Source of the DNA: an uncultured Gammaproteobacteria bacterium
Lineage (GTDB): Bacteria > Pseudomonadota > Gammaproteobacteria > GCA-001735895
Reading direction: 5' to 3'
DNA length: 64,000 nt
Assembly: GCA_964488685.1 (NCBI GenBank)
Contig: CAZAVY010000004.1
Location: 158 to 64,157, forward strand
Below are positions 11,101 through 19,798 of this stretch, one piece after another. Position numbers and translations under genes: made by a program. The number at the start of each line of letters is the position of its first letter. Position 1 is the first letter of the stretch. Under the pieces are notes generated by a model, which worked only from the letters and a program-made list of their open reading frames with translations, ran no database searches and had not been told where the DNA came from.

Positions 11101-11765
11101 CCGGATCAACGGTCGCCATCGTCGGTGCATCGGGCGCGGGCAAGAGTACCCTGGCGCAGTTGCTGTTACGCTTCTGGGATCCGCAAAAGGGTCAGATACA
11201 TGTCGGCGGGTTTGATATTCGACACATGCGACTGGCGCATTTGCGGCAGCATGTAGCCCTGGTTGCTCAAGATACCTATTTGTTTAACGATAGCCTGCGG
11301 GCGAATCTTTTGATGGCCAGGCCCGATGCCGGTGAAGCTGATATCATGACCGCGATTCAACGTGCAGAACTGGGTCAATTCCTGGCCCGGCTTCCGCAAG
11401 GTCTCGAAACGAATGTCGGCGAACGAGGTTATGCGTTGTCAGGCGGACAACGCCAACGGGTGTCGATTGCGCGTGCGTTTCTACGTGACGCTCCCATTCT
11501 TATCCTGGACGAAGCCACCTCGCATCTTGATGCGCTCAGTGAGCATGCAGTGCATAAAGCGCTGAAGGACTTGATGAAAGATCGTACCACCCTGGTAATC
11601 GCACATAGGCTGGCAACGGTGCGAGATGCCGACCAAATTGTTGTCATGAGTGAGGGTCGTTTATTGGAGCAGGGAACGCACCTTGAGTTGTTAACCAATA
11701 AAGCCGCTTACGCCGAGCTTTTGCAGTTCCAGATGCATGGCGGGAGCAGTGCGGTTGGTGACTGA
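8115..11765 (+). CDS. fused ABC exporter, CydD-like plus CydC-like halves (TMD-NBD-TMD-NBD)
   Basis: 1216 aa. Two Walker A motifs (GSSGGGKST, GASGAGKST), two LSGGQRQR signatures, two six-TM blocks, and an acidic/Ser-rich linker around aa 575-640. GTG start. Confidence 0.85.
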   Translation: MYFNQKLWSLTDGVRDRIAASVGMGLGGSILGMSRLLLMGWLIGQVLNGAGLQDIWPAAFATLAMMAIYAAWDYQRVMLAHNTAAIVQHKIRTRLFDQFVALGPSHFAHQRSGEVSSAAVEGVEQLEIYFGQFLPQLLVALLTPFVIFAVVAMLDLPVAFVLLIAAFFTLLAPGLFHRWDTENSMRRARAYRVFASEFLDALQGLVTLKAFGQSKARESRLAEHAHELFQSTMWVLATNSLSRGITDIGIALGAAAALALSAYRVSQGLMELEILIMVLLLGVEIFRPLRELRGLLHDGMLAESAAKQVFSVLDSKPQIDDSGTWSADKLEASLSFEQVEFAYDDPNTDDRPARGAVHDGLSFNIEMGERIGIVGSSGGGKSTIVRLLLRFYDPQSGVVRIGGKDIREISLEQLRRQFAVVSQDTHLFHGTVRENLLLGDPEASEKSLIESAKSANADEFIRALPEGYDTVIGERGVRLSGGQRQRLAIARAILRDAPILILDEALSSVDAQNEAEIQVALDRLMLGRTTLILAHRLSSIIACDRILVLDRGQVVEQGRHDALIQRQGVYASLMATQVADRQAADESRSIVSEFPGVTNRDEICSESESARGSAGRSADLQADVLQSSSHSWGRVFKQLLAFAAPWKGRLVLTFSLGVGRVLAFIGVSLLSALAAVAVKAGADYRILLIVLAATAIAAALLHWLESWLSHDIAFRMLSEMRIALFRKLDSLAPAFLLRRRSGDLINLATHDVEMVEYFFAHTIAPVFVALLVPLLVLVLLASFDLTLALALIPFLAVVALMPILRRARIDRLAGRARELLGALSSHTVESLQGLGELLSYQASGQRRRQLVELMRRHHAERIPFFKEITRQSVITDLTTVAAGLAIILLAVPLVSTGEVDAIYMPLLALASMAAFLPVIEISDAGRQLSETFAATNRLIEVHDTPAAVSDDGLQQVDNPEPLSSVAALDIEFHNLDFYYDAQNALAIRDFNLNISAGSTVAIVGASGAGKSTLAQLLLRFWDPQKGQIHVGGFDIRHMRLAHLRQHVALVAQDTYLFNDSLRANLLMARPDAGEADIMTAIQRAELGQFLARLPQGLETNVGERGYALSGGQRQRVSIARAFLRDAPILILDEATSHLDALSEHAVHKALKDLMKDRTTLVIAHRLATVRDADQIVVMSEGRLLEQGTHLELLTNKAAYAELLQFQMHGGSSAVGD

Positions 11766-11790
11766 TACTGTGACCTGGTAATTTAAAAAG

Positions 11791-12933
11791 CTAAACACCC
11801 GACGGCACTTTCAAATCCACCATTAATCGATTGAATACATTTTCCGATGCCTCCAGAGCACCCTCGATAAATCCTCCAAACCGGGATGCCGTTTCCGTCG
11901 ACGCAAGGTACAGCCCTTTGTCGGCTAGTGGTTCAAGTATAGGGGGCATGCCGTAAACCGGATGCGGTGTTGTTAATTTGTCAGCATCGGTGGCGGTGAA
12001 AATATCATGGGACCAATCCTTGAATATTACATCAACGGGGTTGGCGGCACCGGGGCCAAACAAATTTTCTAACTGCGTGGTTGCATTTTTAATCAGTGTT
12101 GATGGTTCACGTAAAGCATGACCCGCCGGTATGCCGACAAAGCCCATCAGGGACCCGTAGGCTTCATTGTCCGGTGATGCATCGTGAATTTCCACTAGCG
12201 GGCCGCGGCGACTGATGCCATCACCCGACAAACCCAACTCACGCCAGAATGGTCGTTCGTAGATCGCAAACAATTTTGCGTGACCGGCCATCCAGGTCGG
12301 GATCGAGTTTAAGGTATCAATTACCTGGTCAGATAAAATTGGCTCAAACCTGATCGAATTTGAAATAACTCGGGGTGGAATGGATAACACGATGCGTCTG
12401 GACTGGACATCGAATTCATTGTCCGGCGTCGTGATCGCAACCTCGTATCCGAATTCGACTTTCCGAATACCTGTAACAACCTGTGACAGCCGTACCGGAT
12501 TTTGTGACAGGCTCGCAGCGAGCGCAGTTGTCAGGCTCGCAACGCCATCTTGTATGCGTAACGCACCCGCCATTGTCGAATAGTCGTAATCCCTGCGAAC
12601 CCGTGCAAGGTCATCTTCATAAACCAGTCGGCCCTTGCTGTATTGCTCAAATACATTGATCTCGAAATGTTTCAGGAGTTCGGCAATACGCGGTTGTCCC
12701 GGCCAGATCCATGAAGGCCCCATATCGACAAAACCCGCCCCGGTACCTTGCCGGGTTGTTTCAATCGACAGTATACGACCACCAACCCGTTTTCGCGCTT
12801 CAAGCAGCCGGTAGTCAATGCCATTTTTTTGCAGACCCGAGGCCAGATAAAGGCCGCTGAGCCCGGCACCCACAATCAGGACATCGGTTTGCATTAATGC
12901 AATTCCTGCAATGTGTGAATTCCGAACTTGCAT
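11791..12933 (-). CDS. flavin-containing amine oxidase family protein
   Basis: DVLIVGAGLSGLYLASGL...LLEARKRVGGR dinucleotide-binding fold. The likely start is the internal ATG at 12894 (MQTDVLIVG). Confidence 0.8.
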   Translation of the reverse strand: MQVRNSHIAGIALMQTDVLIVGAGLSGLYLASGLQKNGIDYRLLEARKRVGGRILSIETTRQGTGAGFVDMGPSWIWPGQPRIAELLKHFEINVFEQYSKGRLVYEDDLARVRRDYDYSTMAGALRIQDGVASLTTALAASLSQNPVRLSQVVTGIRKVEFGYEVAITTPDNEFDVQSRRIVLSIPPRVISNSIRFEPILSDQVIDTLNSIPTWMAGHAKLFAIYERPFWRELGLSGDGISRRGPLVEIHDASPDNEAYGSLMGFVGIPAGHALREPSTLIKNATTQLENLFGPGAANPVDVIFKDWSHDIFTATDADKLTTPHPVYGMPPILEPLADKGLYLASTETASRFGGFIEGALEASENVFNRLMVDLKVPSGV

Positions 12934-13266
12934 GTCTCAGCCATTTGGTGCCGAGGGTCGGTGGCGCAACAGCTTGCTGAAACACGGCAGGGTGTAATGG
13001 TGTGAGCGCTGGTGAATCGGGGTATAATCATTCCGGGTGGTAACAATTCGAGCATAATTCGGTTCGAAGGAATTTAAATAATATCATCCTCCGCTAAAAG
13101 GTATACCCGCAAACTAAGGTGTTTGAATTCGATCTCGGTCGACCATAGATCGGAAACCTGGCCGGGTTATTCCGGGCGGAAGTGGCAAATAGCGGATCAT
13201 CTTGTATAGTCGGTTACCGGCTCAACAAACAGATACCCTTAACCTAGTCTATTCGCAGGAGGCTCT

Positions 13267-13863
13267 ATGGAAACATCGACTATCGTGGTGCTCGTTTTTA
13301 TTGGCGTCATCGTCATTTATGCGGTTTCGATCTACAACAAACTGGTCGCGTTAAGCAATCGTTTCAAAAATGCTTTCTCCCAGATCGAGGTTCAACTCAA
13401 GCGTCGTTACGACCTGATCCCAAATCTGGTGGAAACCGCGAAAGGATACATGAAGCATGAGCGCGAAACCCTCGACGCGGTAATCAAGGCGCGTAATTCC
13501 GCATCCGACAACCTGTCCGCAGCGCAGCAAAATCCGGGCGATTCGGAAACCATTCAAAGTCTCGGTCAAGCCGAGGGTAATCTCAGCGGCGCGCTGGGAC
13601 GATTCAATCTCCTGGTCGAAGCCTATCCTGATCTCAAGGCCAATCAGAACATGATGCAACTTACCGAGGAGCTTACCAGCACTGAAAACAAGGTGGCGTT
13701 TGCGCGTCAGTCATTTAACGACCAGGTGATGCAGTACAATATTTACAAGCAGTCTTTTCCACAAAAAGTATTTGCCGGTTTTTTCGGCCATAGCGCCGAC
13801 GCGAGCCTGCTCGAGTTTGAAGACAGCGCGGAAATCCAGGCAGCGCCTAAAATTGCCTTTTAG
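13267..13863 (+). CDS. lemA: LemA family protein
   Basis: N-terminal TM segment, then [39 protein letters not shown], the LemA signature. Confidence 0.9.
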   Translation: METSTIVVLVFIGVIVIYAVSIYNKLVALSNRFKNAFSQIEVQLKRRYDLIPNLVETAKGYMKHERETLDAVIKARNSASDNLSAAQQNPGDSETIQSLGQAEGNLSGALGRFNLLVEAYPDLKANQNMMQLTEELTSTENKVAFARQSFNDQVMQYNIYKQSFPQKVFAGFFGHSADASLLEFEDSAEIQAAPKIAF

Positions 13864-13869
13864 TTTAAA

Positions 13870-15792
13870 TTGAATTATTTCGAAGCACAGGATAAGGCCC
13901 GAAGAAACACCTTCTGGCTGATTCTGCTTTTCACCCTGGCGGTCACCGGGCTGGTTATTTTAACGAACTTGTTTTTGCTGGGAGTTTTGACCTATGCCAA
14001 AACCAGTCAACTCGCCTTCTCTTATGAAACTTTACAGAATCATTATTCCTGGAGGGAATTTACAGCGGTGTCGGTCGCTGTATGCCTGTTGATTTTCTGT
14101 GGCAGCCTATACAAATCCATGTCCCTGTCGGGAGGAGGGGCTGCGGTTGCGGAAATGCTCGGCGGGCGCCTGGTTTCACAGGGCACCACCGACTTGCACC
14201 ACAGGCGGTTGCTTAACGTGGTCGAAGAGATGGCGATCGCGGCCGGCATGCCAATACCGCAGGTTTATCTGCTGGATGAAACCTCGATCAATGCTTTCGC
14301 TGCGGGGCGGACATCCGCCAATGCGGTAATTGCGGTCACCCGTGGTACCTTGATGCGCTTGAGTCGTGAGGAACTGCAGGGCGTCATTGCGCACGAATTC
14401 AGTCATATCGCCAATGGTGATATGCGACTCAATATCCGTTTAATCGGAGTATTGCACGGTATTCTCCTGATCGGACTGATCGGTTACTTCATATTACGGT
14501 CGTTACGGTTTTCCGCAAGATCGAGAAACAGTAAGGGTGCCGGCGGCATCGCTGCGATTGCGCTACTGGGTCTGGGACTGGTGATTATCGGCTACGCAGG
14601 GTCGTTCTTTGGCCAGTGGATCAAGGCCACAGTCAGTCGCCAGCGCGAGTATCTTGCCGATTCATCCGCGATCCAGTTTACCCGGAACAAGGAGGGAATC
14701 GCCGGCGCGCTGAAGAAGATCGGCGGTGGTTCAAGTGTTGGATCAAGCATCGATTCTCCGGTGGCAATGCAATATAACCATGCCTATTTTGCCAATGGCA
14801 TCAGTAGTTTCTGGTTATCCCTACTGGCAACTCATCCACCGTTGGATCAACGAATCAGGAGAATCGAGCCAGGCTGGGATGGAGAGTTCCTGCGGCCTCA
14901 AATCGATGCTGCAGTTTCGGTTGAATCAAAACAAGCGTCGTCACCCAAAATTTCCAAAATTGCGGTAACGGCGGCGATTCTGACTTCCGCGGAACAGGTT
15001 ATCGCCCAGGTTGGCACGCTTAACGAGGAAAACATTGCCTATGTGCATCAGCTCATCATCGCGATGCCCCTGTCACTCAGGGAAGCCGCGCAGGATGTCT
15101 ATAGCGCGCGGGCTTTGATATATGCCATTTTGCTCAAGCTACAAAAAGAGGATGCAGCGGCGTCGGCAGCATTGCGCCAACATGCAGACCCGGAGATGCA
15201 GGCATTGACGAAAACCTTGTTACCGGAACTGGTCGACCTGGATCCTAAATTCGAACTGCCACTGCTGGAACTCAGCATCAATGCCCTCAGAGAGTTGTCG
15301 CCCAATCAGTTTGTTCAATTCAAGACTCTGGTTGAGAAAATCATAGCCTCGGATAAATCGATCAATCTGAATGAATGGATTGTGCAACGGCTCGTGGTAC
15401 AGCAGCTCGACGAGCATTTTGGATTTCGCAAACCGGCCCGGGCAAAATTTTCCAGTTTGAATAAAGTCGTAAGCGATGTGGAAACGTTATTGTCACTAAT
15501 CGCTTACGTCGAACATAGTGATGCGAAACAAGCCAGGGCCGCTTTTGATTGCGGCGCGACCGAGCTGGGGACAGCTGGGCTGACCATGTTATCCGGGAAT
15601 GCGCTGAAGCTCGAGTCGTTGAATCGTTCGCTGGATGTGCTGGCGCAACTCAAGCCACTGGTAAAGCCGCGCCTTTTGAAAGCCTGTGTTGCAATCATTC
15701 TATACGATGGCAAAACAACCACCAGGGGAATCGAACTGATGCGAACCATTTCGACCTGCCTGGACTGCCCGATGCCACCGATTCAGGTCTAG
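13870..15792 (+). CDS. M48-family (HtpX-like) zinc metallopeptidase with long C-terminal domain
   Basis: HEFSHIANGD (HExxH) between TM segments. Starts 7 nt after lemA (TTG), the common LemA-M48 pairing. Confidence 0.85.
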   Translation: MNYFEAQDKARRNTFWLILLFTLAVTGLVILTNLFLLGVLTYAKTSQLAFSYETLQNHYSWREFTAVSVAVCLLIFCGSLYKSMSLSGGGAAVAEMLGGRLVSQGTTDLHHRRLLNVVEEMAIAAGMPIPQVYLLDETSINAFAAGRTSANAVIAVTRGTLMRLSREELQGVIAHEFSHIANGDMRLNIRLIGVLHGILLIGLIGYFILRSLRFSARSRNSKGAGGIAAIALLGLGLVIIGYAGSFFGQWIKATVSRQREYLADSSAIQFTRNKEGIAGALKKIGGGSSVGSSIDSPVAMQYNHAYFANGISSFWLSLLATHPPLDQRIRRIEPGWDGEFLRPQIDAAVSVESKQASSPKISKIAVTAAILTSAEQVIAQVGTLNEENIAYVHQLIIAMPLSLREAAQDVYSARALIYAILLKLQKEDAAASAALRQHADPEMQALTKTLLPELVDLDPKFELPLLELSINALRELSPNQFVQFKTLVEKIIASDKSINLNEWIVQRLVVQQLDEHFGFRKPARAKFSSLNKVVSDVETLLSLIAYVEHSDAKQARAAFDCGATELGTAGLTMLSGNALKLESLNRSLDVLAQLKPLVKPRLLKACVAIILYDGKTTTRGIELMRTISTCLDCPMPPIQV

Positions 15793-16140
15793 AGTTTAAC
15801 CCTGGGAGCGATTTTTACGGGCTGTGATCGTGGCTCGAGGAAGCAGGCGAGCCGAACTATAGTGCTGATAATATCGATGCCGGCGATTATGACGCCCTTC
15901 ATGCTACCGCTGATTTTGAATTTACCGATACGGCGTTGATAGTGTACCGGGACTTCGCGCCAGACAAGGCCGAGCTGGTTGCCCTGACCTGCATTTCGAC
16001 GTTCTATCCGAATCTTCGGTCGCGCATCTTTAACTGTGACAGAACCCCGTATCTGAGCGCACGAAACGGCCCGAGGTCACTGACTGGTGGCTTCCAGAAC
16101 AACCGGATCATCTGACGCGCAAGCCAGTTACCAAAAATCC
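15789..16140 (-). pseudogene. family-2 glycosyltransferase remnant (N-terminally truncated, nonsense plus frameshift)
   Basis: Minus strand reads IFGNWLARQMIRLFWKPPVSDLGPFRALRYGVLSQLKMRDRRFG-TAG-NVEMQVRA, with the stop where GT2 proteins have FGWNVEM. After a frameshift it continues EVPVHYQRRIGKFKISGSMKG. Confidence 0.6.
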
Positions 16141-17045
16141 GGGGGAGGGACATCGAGCCTGCCGCGCACCCGGGAGACATTGTCGACCTTGATGACGGAG
16201 TTAATGCGCCAGTCGTAGTTGTCGGCATCGATCTCCGATACCGTCTCGAGCGCACGCGCCAGATCCGGCGTGGCGTAACGCTTCAGGTGCGCAATTACAC
16301 CGGCTTCGTCACCACCAAAATCGGTGATGAACCAGTCGTAAATACTGGATACCTGCAGCTTTCCCCCAATCACCGCGGCGCCTCGCGGATGGTTGATGAA
16401 TTCGCGCGCTGCCCGGTCGAGCATGGCTTCGGTAGTATTTGCGGTAAACACCCGGAGTTGCAGATTCGGGCAACCGATCGATGCGCAGTTGACGGCATAG
16501 TGAATTCTGGGATCTTGCCAGATGGGGCGCAGAATGCGATGTTCGATGTCATTCAGGCTAAGTTCTTCTCCTTCCACGCTCACCAGTTCTTTGTTCCAGG
16601 GCCCCGCTGAAAAAAAACCAGTTGAAATATCGCGAATACTATCGATCGGGAAAAAACGCAGTACCTCCTGGATCGTCAGCGCGTTGTACAGGTTGATCCA
16701 GAAAGCGCGTTGAACGTTTCGATTGAAGTCGCTGATATTGGTTTGCGACAACTGGTCGATGTAACGATTCAGCTTGTCTTTATCTGCGTTGCTGACCTTG
16801 CTATAGGCGAAGCGATGTACCCCGTCATCCGCCTGGTAAAGATACCGACGCAGTAGCTCGGCCCAGGGGCGATGATCGATACGTAGACCCGACTCGGCAT
16901 TATTTGCCGTCCATCGGCCCCACAGGTCGGATTTAGGCGCGGCCGCAAGATTTGCAGTTCCGGATAGCAGCACTATCAGGGTCAATGCAACTACTTTGAG
17001 CATGTTTCGATCCCTTTGAATCAACCTACCTAAGACGCGCCGCAA
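16128..17045 (-). CDS. DUF547 domain-containing protein (secreted)
   Basis: FWINLYNALTIQ...NCASIGCPNL... motifs typical of DUF547. Likely start at the internal ATG 17003 (MLKVVALTLIVLLSG signal). Confidence 0.8.
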   Translation of the reverse strand: MRRVLGRLIQRDRNMLKVVALTLIVLLSGTANLAAAPKSDLWGRWTANNAESGLRIDHRPWAELLRRYLYQADDGVHRFAYSKVSNADKDKLNRYIDQLSQTNISDFNRNVQRAFWINLYNALTIQEVLRFFPIDSIRDISTGFFSAGPWNKELVSVEGEELSLNDIEHRILRPIWQDPRIHYAVNCASIGCPNLQLRVFTANTTEAMLDRAAREFINHPRGAAVIGGKLQVSSIYDWFITDFGGDEAGVIAHLKRYATPDLARALETVSEIDADNYDWRINSVIKVDNVSRVRGRLDVPPPDFW

Positions 17046-17322
17046 AGACTTTTGTTCCGTGATTCGAGTTTTGACTCGCTCAACGACCCGGGGCCGGTTG
17101 GTTTACCTGATGAACCCGGATATAGTCATGATGAAACGATCTGGTTGTAAAGTCGTGTTCTTGGCGAGAGTTTCTAATAGCCCGCATTCCTCACCATCGG
17201 TATTTGTCAATTCCCTGTCACTAAAAGGGCCTGGCAATGGGATTGCTTCGTTACAGTTCATATCCCTTGCACCTGTTTTCCAGGTAAGCTTGGTGATTTG
17301 CCAGGCAGAAATTTGAAGACGG

Positions 17323-17469
17323 TTATTTTTCGAGCGCAGTACAGCGTAATAACAGGCGGCGGTACCCGGTGAATTCGTTGATCGGGTAGTGCAATGAGAA
17401 GCGGATATCCCGGAAGACGAGATCGCCCTCGCGCCAGCGATGGCGGAAAGTAAACTCGACTTTCGACAT
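17323..17469 (-). pseudogene. TauD/TfdA-family dioxygenase C-terminal remnant (48 codons)
   Basis: Untracked minus-strand frame: MSKVEFTFRHRWREGDLVFRDIRFSLHYPINEFTGYRRLLLRCTALEK. It parallels the TauD C-terminus (R-W-x-x-GD-hh-WDNR-x-x-H...RR-h-x-R) with WDNR degraded to RDIR. Confidence 0.5.
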
Positions 17470-17481
17470 GTGCTTGTCGAT

Positions 17482-18081
17482 TTATTCAAACGTGATTATT
17501 CGGGATTCTTTTGTCTTTGTATCGTAGGCAACAGCGCCGCCACTTTTAACAAAACTCCCCGTCATTGCTTTAATTATGCCGAAGTGAGTAACCATCAAAA
17601 TTAATTTTTCCTCGTTTCTCAAAGATACTAATATTTTTTTTAGTTTTGGAAGGGATATTTCTTTTTTAAAAATTCCCCTGAAACCCGAGTTTAAAGCGGG
17701 TTCCGGAATTACCTTACCGAGATTGAGGAGTTGTGCAGTCTCTAGACAGCGGCACCACTGGCTCGAGTAAATTTTTTTAAAGCCTATTCCCAGAGCAACA
17801 AATTGCTTACCTATATCCATCGCTTGTGTCCTTCCGGTAGAATCCAAATTTCGTTGAGTCGAGCAACTATCAATCTCGAACTTGTCGGGTTTCCCATTGG
17901 CATCAAATCCTGGCGCGTAAGCATGCCGAAGAAATAGTACATTTCCAAACGGGGTTTTAGCATATTCTTCAAGCGTAATTTCAGTAGAACTTTCGGATGC
18001 ATCCAAAGCTGTTGCATAGATGAGAAAGAGATAAATGGCACATTTGGCTAAAGAACTGTTTTTGACAGGAATCAATTTCAT
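17482..18081 (-). CDS. histidine phosphatase (phosphoglycerate-mutase-like) family protein, secreted
   Basis: Signal peptide; LFLRHAYAPG (RHG-type motif). Visibly AT-richer than the neighbouring genes. Confidence 0.65.
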   Translation of the reverse strand: MKLIPVKNSSLAKCAIYLFLIYATALDASESSTEITLEEYAKTPFGNVLFLRHAYAPGFDANGKPDKFEIDSCSTQRNLDSTGRTQAMDIGKQFVALGIGFKKIYSSQWCRCLETAQLLNLGKVIPEPALNSGFRGIFKKEISLPKLKKILVSLRNEEKLILMVTHFGIIKAMTGSFVKSGGAVAYDTKTKESRIITFE

Positions 18082-18355
18082 AATATTCGACTGACTTTAT
18101 TGTTTTCATCCCTTTGGATGATGAATACTCTGTTGATTGTTTCCGCATCCAGAGCAAATCTAGTGAGGGGCGATAAAATCGCGCAATCCTGCGGACTCAA
18201 GAATATTTACGCAGATTTCGCCGGATTAGCAGGAGGCTACTGGGCAGTAGAATGGTTGTCAAGGGCTGTCGGGCTGGACCCAAAATTACCCGCGAGAGGG
18301 ATTTATTGGGCAAAGGGGCATGAGGAGTTTTACTCCTTTCGGGTTTCTTTAACAT

Positions 18356-18518
18356 AGCCCGGAGATTTCATGAACTGCCGCGATGATTGCGCAAGACTTT
18401 GTTTTCTCAGGAGATTTTCCGAAGAAGTGTCGGACCAATGGATCCGGCCGACTGAGGAAAATCTCCTGAGAAAACAAAGGTCAAGCAAGGGCGCGAGCAC
18501 GTTTATGAAATGTTCGGG
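18356..18518. mobile_element. MITE-like nested-palindrome element, copy A
   Basis: Termini CCCGGAGATTTCATGAAC / GTTTATGAAATGTTCGGG are inverted repeats. A perfect 24-bp internal stem (ctttgttttctcaggagattttcc / ggaaaatctcctgagaaaacaaag) is present. About 80% identical to the reverse complement of 47318..47490. Confidence 0.6.
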
Positions 18519-18522
18519 ATAG

Positions 18523-18918
18523 GTGACAGCGATGGGATTTTTGGTAAATACCTACCGAATGTGCATTCTCAACAACAGTGTATTCGGGTTGGAAGCTATT
18601 GGAGAATTGTTCTACCTACCAGAATTGTTGGCGCAGGGAGGTTGCTTGTCCAATGATCCTGCTATGGTGTATGCTTTCGAAACTGCGACCCAATCGAGCA
18701 TTAAACAAACAACTAAGGATGAACTTTACAGTGTCTTTTTCCCCGAGGTCGAACTGGTGAATCACATCGATGCAGACGCCGATGGCTGGCGACGGGCAGC
18801 GCTGTTTCATCTCGATGCACTTTATGGATTTGCGATGACAGTCACCCGCAATACGCACGATGTGGAAGACCTTGTGCAGGAAACCTACCTTATTACAAGC
18901 CGACGAATCATAATATAG
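18523..18918 (+). pseudogene. ECF sigma factor remnant (only region 2.1 retained)
   Basis: C-terminal part FHLDALYGFAMTVTRNTHDVEDLVQETYL matches the start of ECF sigma region 2 (compare DSLYRTALRMCGDHMNAQDIVQETCLKAY at 47555). It then stops, and regions 2.2-4 are absent. Confidence 0.5.
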
Positions 18919-19798
18919 ATGTCTGACTGCAACAAATTTTGTATCCAGCTAATCCTCTACCTGGACAATGAACTCAAGCAGAGAGAAAAGGCTTTAGTCG
19001 AGGTTCACCTTAAGGAATGTGCCGTCTGTCGCGAAGTATTGGCGCGAGAACGCGGGTTTCAAGAGGGTGTTGCGCATGACTCGCCACTATACACTGCGCC
19101 TGAAAGTCTGCGTACCCGGGTCGCATCGATAATCGCTGCAACGCCGGTAACCCCTCCGGTAAATCCTTTGAGAGCAGCGCGGCGTATTTTGTTTGGCCAC
19201 GATAACCATTACTTCAAATTTATTGCGCAAAATGGTACTGGTAACTGTAACGACTGTTTTGATGCTGGCGATAATATGGGCGGCAATGATTAAACTGAAC
19301 CCCGCACAATCGACAACATTTGCAGCCGTCGCTGTAGATACCCACCAGCGCAACACGCAGGGACGACTGCCACTTGAGTTGCGCTCGGACAGTCCTGAGC
19401 TAATTTCAAGCTGGTTTGAAGGAAAGGTTTCGTTTGATCTTGGACTCCCCGACTACCCCGAGGAACAGGGTCGGAATAAGTTATATCAATTGGAAGGTGC
19501 GAGGTTGATTGTATTCAATAACGACTACTCGGCTTACCTGTCGTACAAGACGGGGGTACGCGATATCAGTCTAATGGTGGCCCCCAGTTCTGTTGCAAAA
19601 CCTAGCGGTGGAGAAAAAATTCCATCGCAGGATCTAATCATTCATTACGACACGATTGATGAACTAAAAGCCATCACCTGGAGCCACCGCGATTTAACCT
19701 ATGCGCTGCTGTCAAATCTGGAAGAACGAGGCCAGCAATCCCGCCTGGTGTGTCACCGGGACAGCAATATTAACCTGGGTGCTAATTTTGATTCCTGA
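18919..19798 (+). pseudogene. zf-HC2 anti-sigma factor, frameshifted
   Basis: The zf-HC2 N-terminus (HLKECAVCREVL) is in frame 18919..19293. The TM segment and periplasmic domain continue in frame 19193..19798, which is paralogous to the intact anti-sigma at 48223. Confidence 0.6.

Noticed and set aside
16004-16255. 83-aa minus-strand ORF as a small gene
   Set aside because: Its 5' half merely overlaps the DUF547 3' end in another frame. Only the 3' half is GT2-like and ends at a nonsense codon, so it is annotated as part of the GT2 pseudogene instead.
17103-17489. 128-aa minus-strand ORF listed in the track
   Set aside because: Low-complexity Ser/Thr/Ala-rich translation with no motif. The same DNA in another frame gives a clear TauD C-terminal remnant, so the long ORF is most likely fortuitous.
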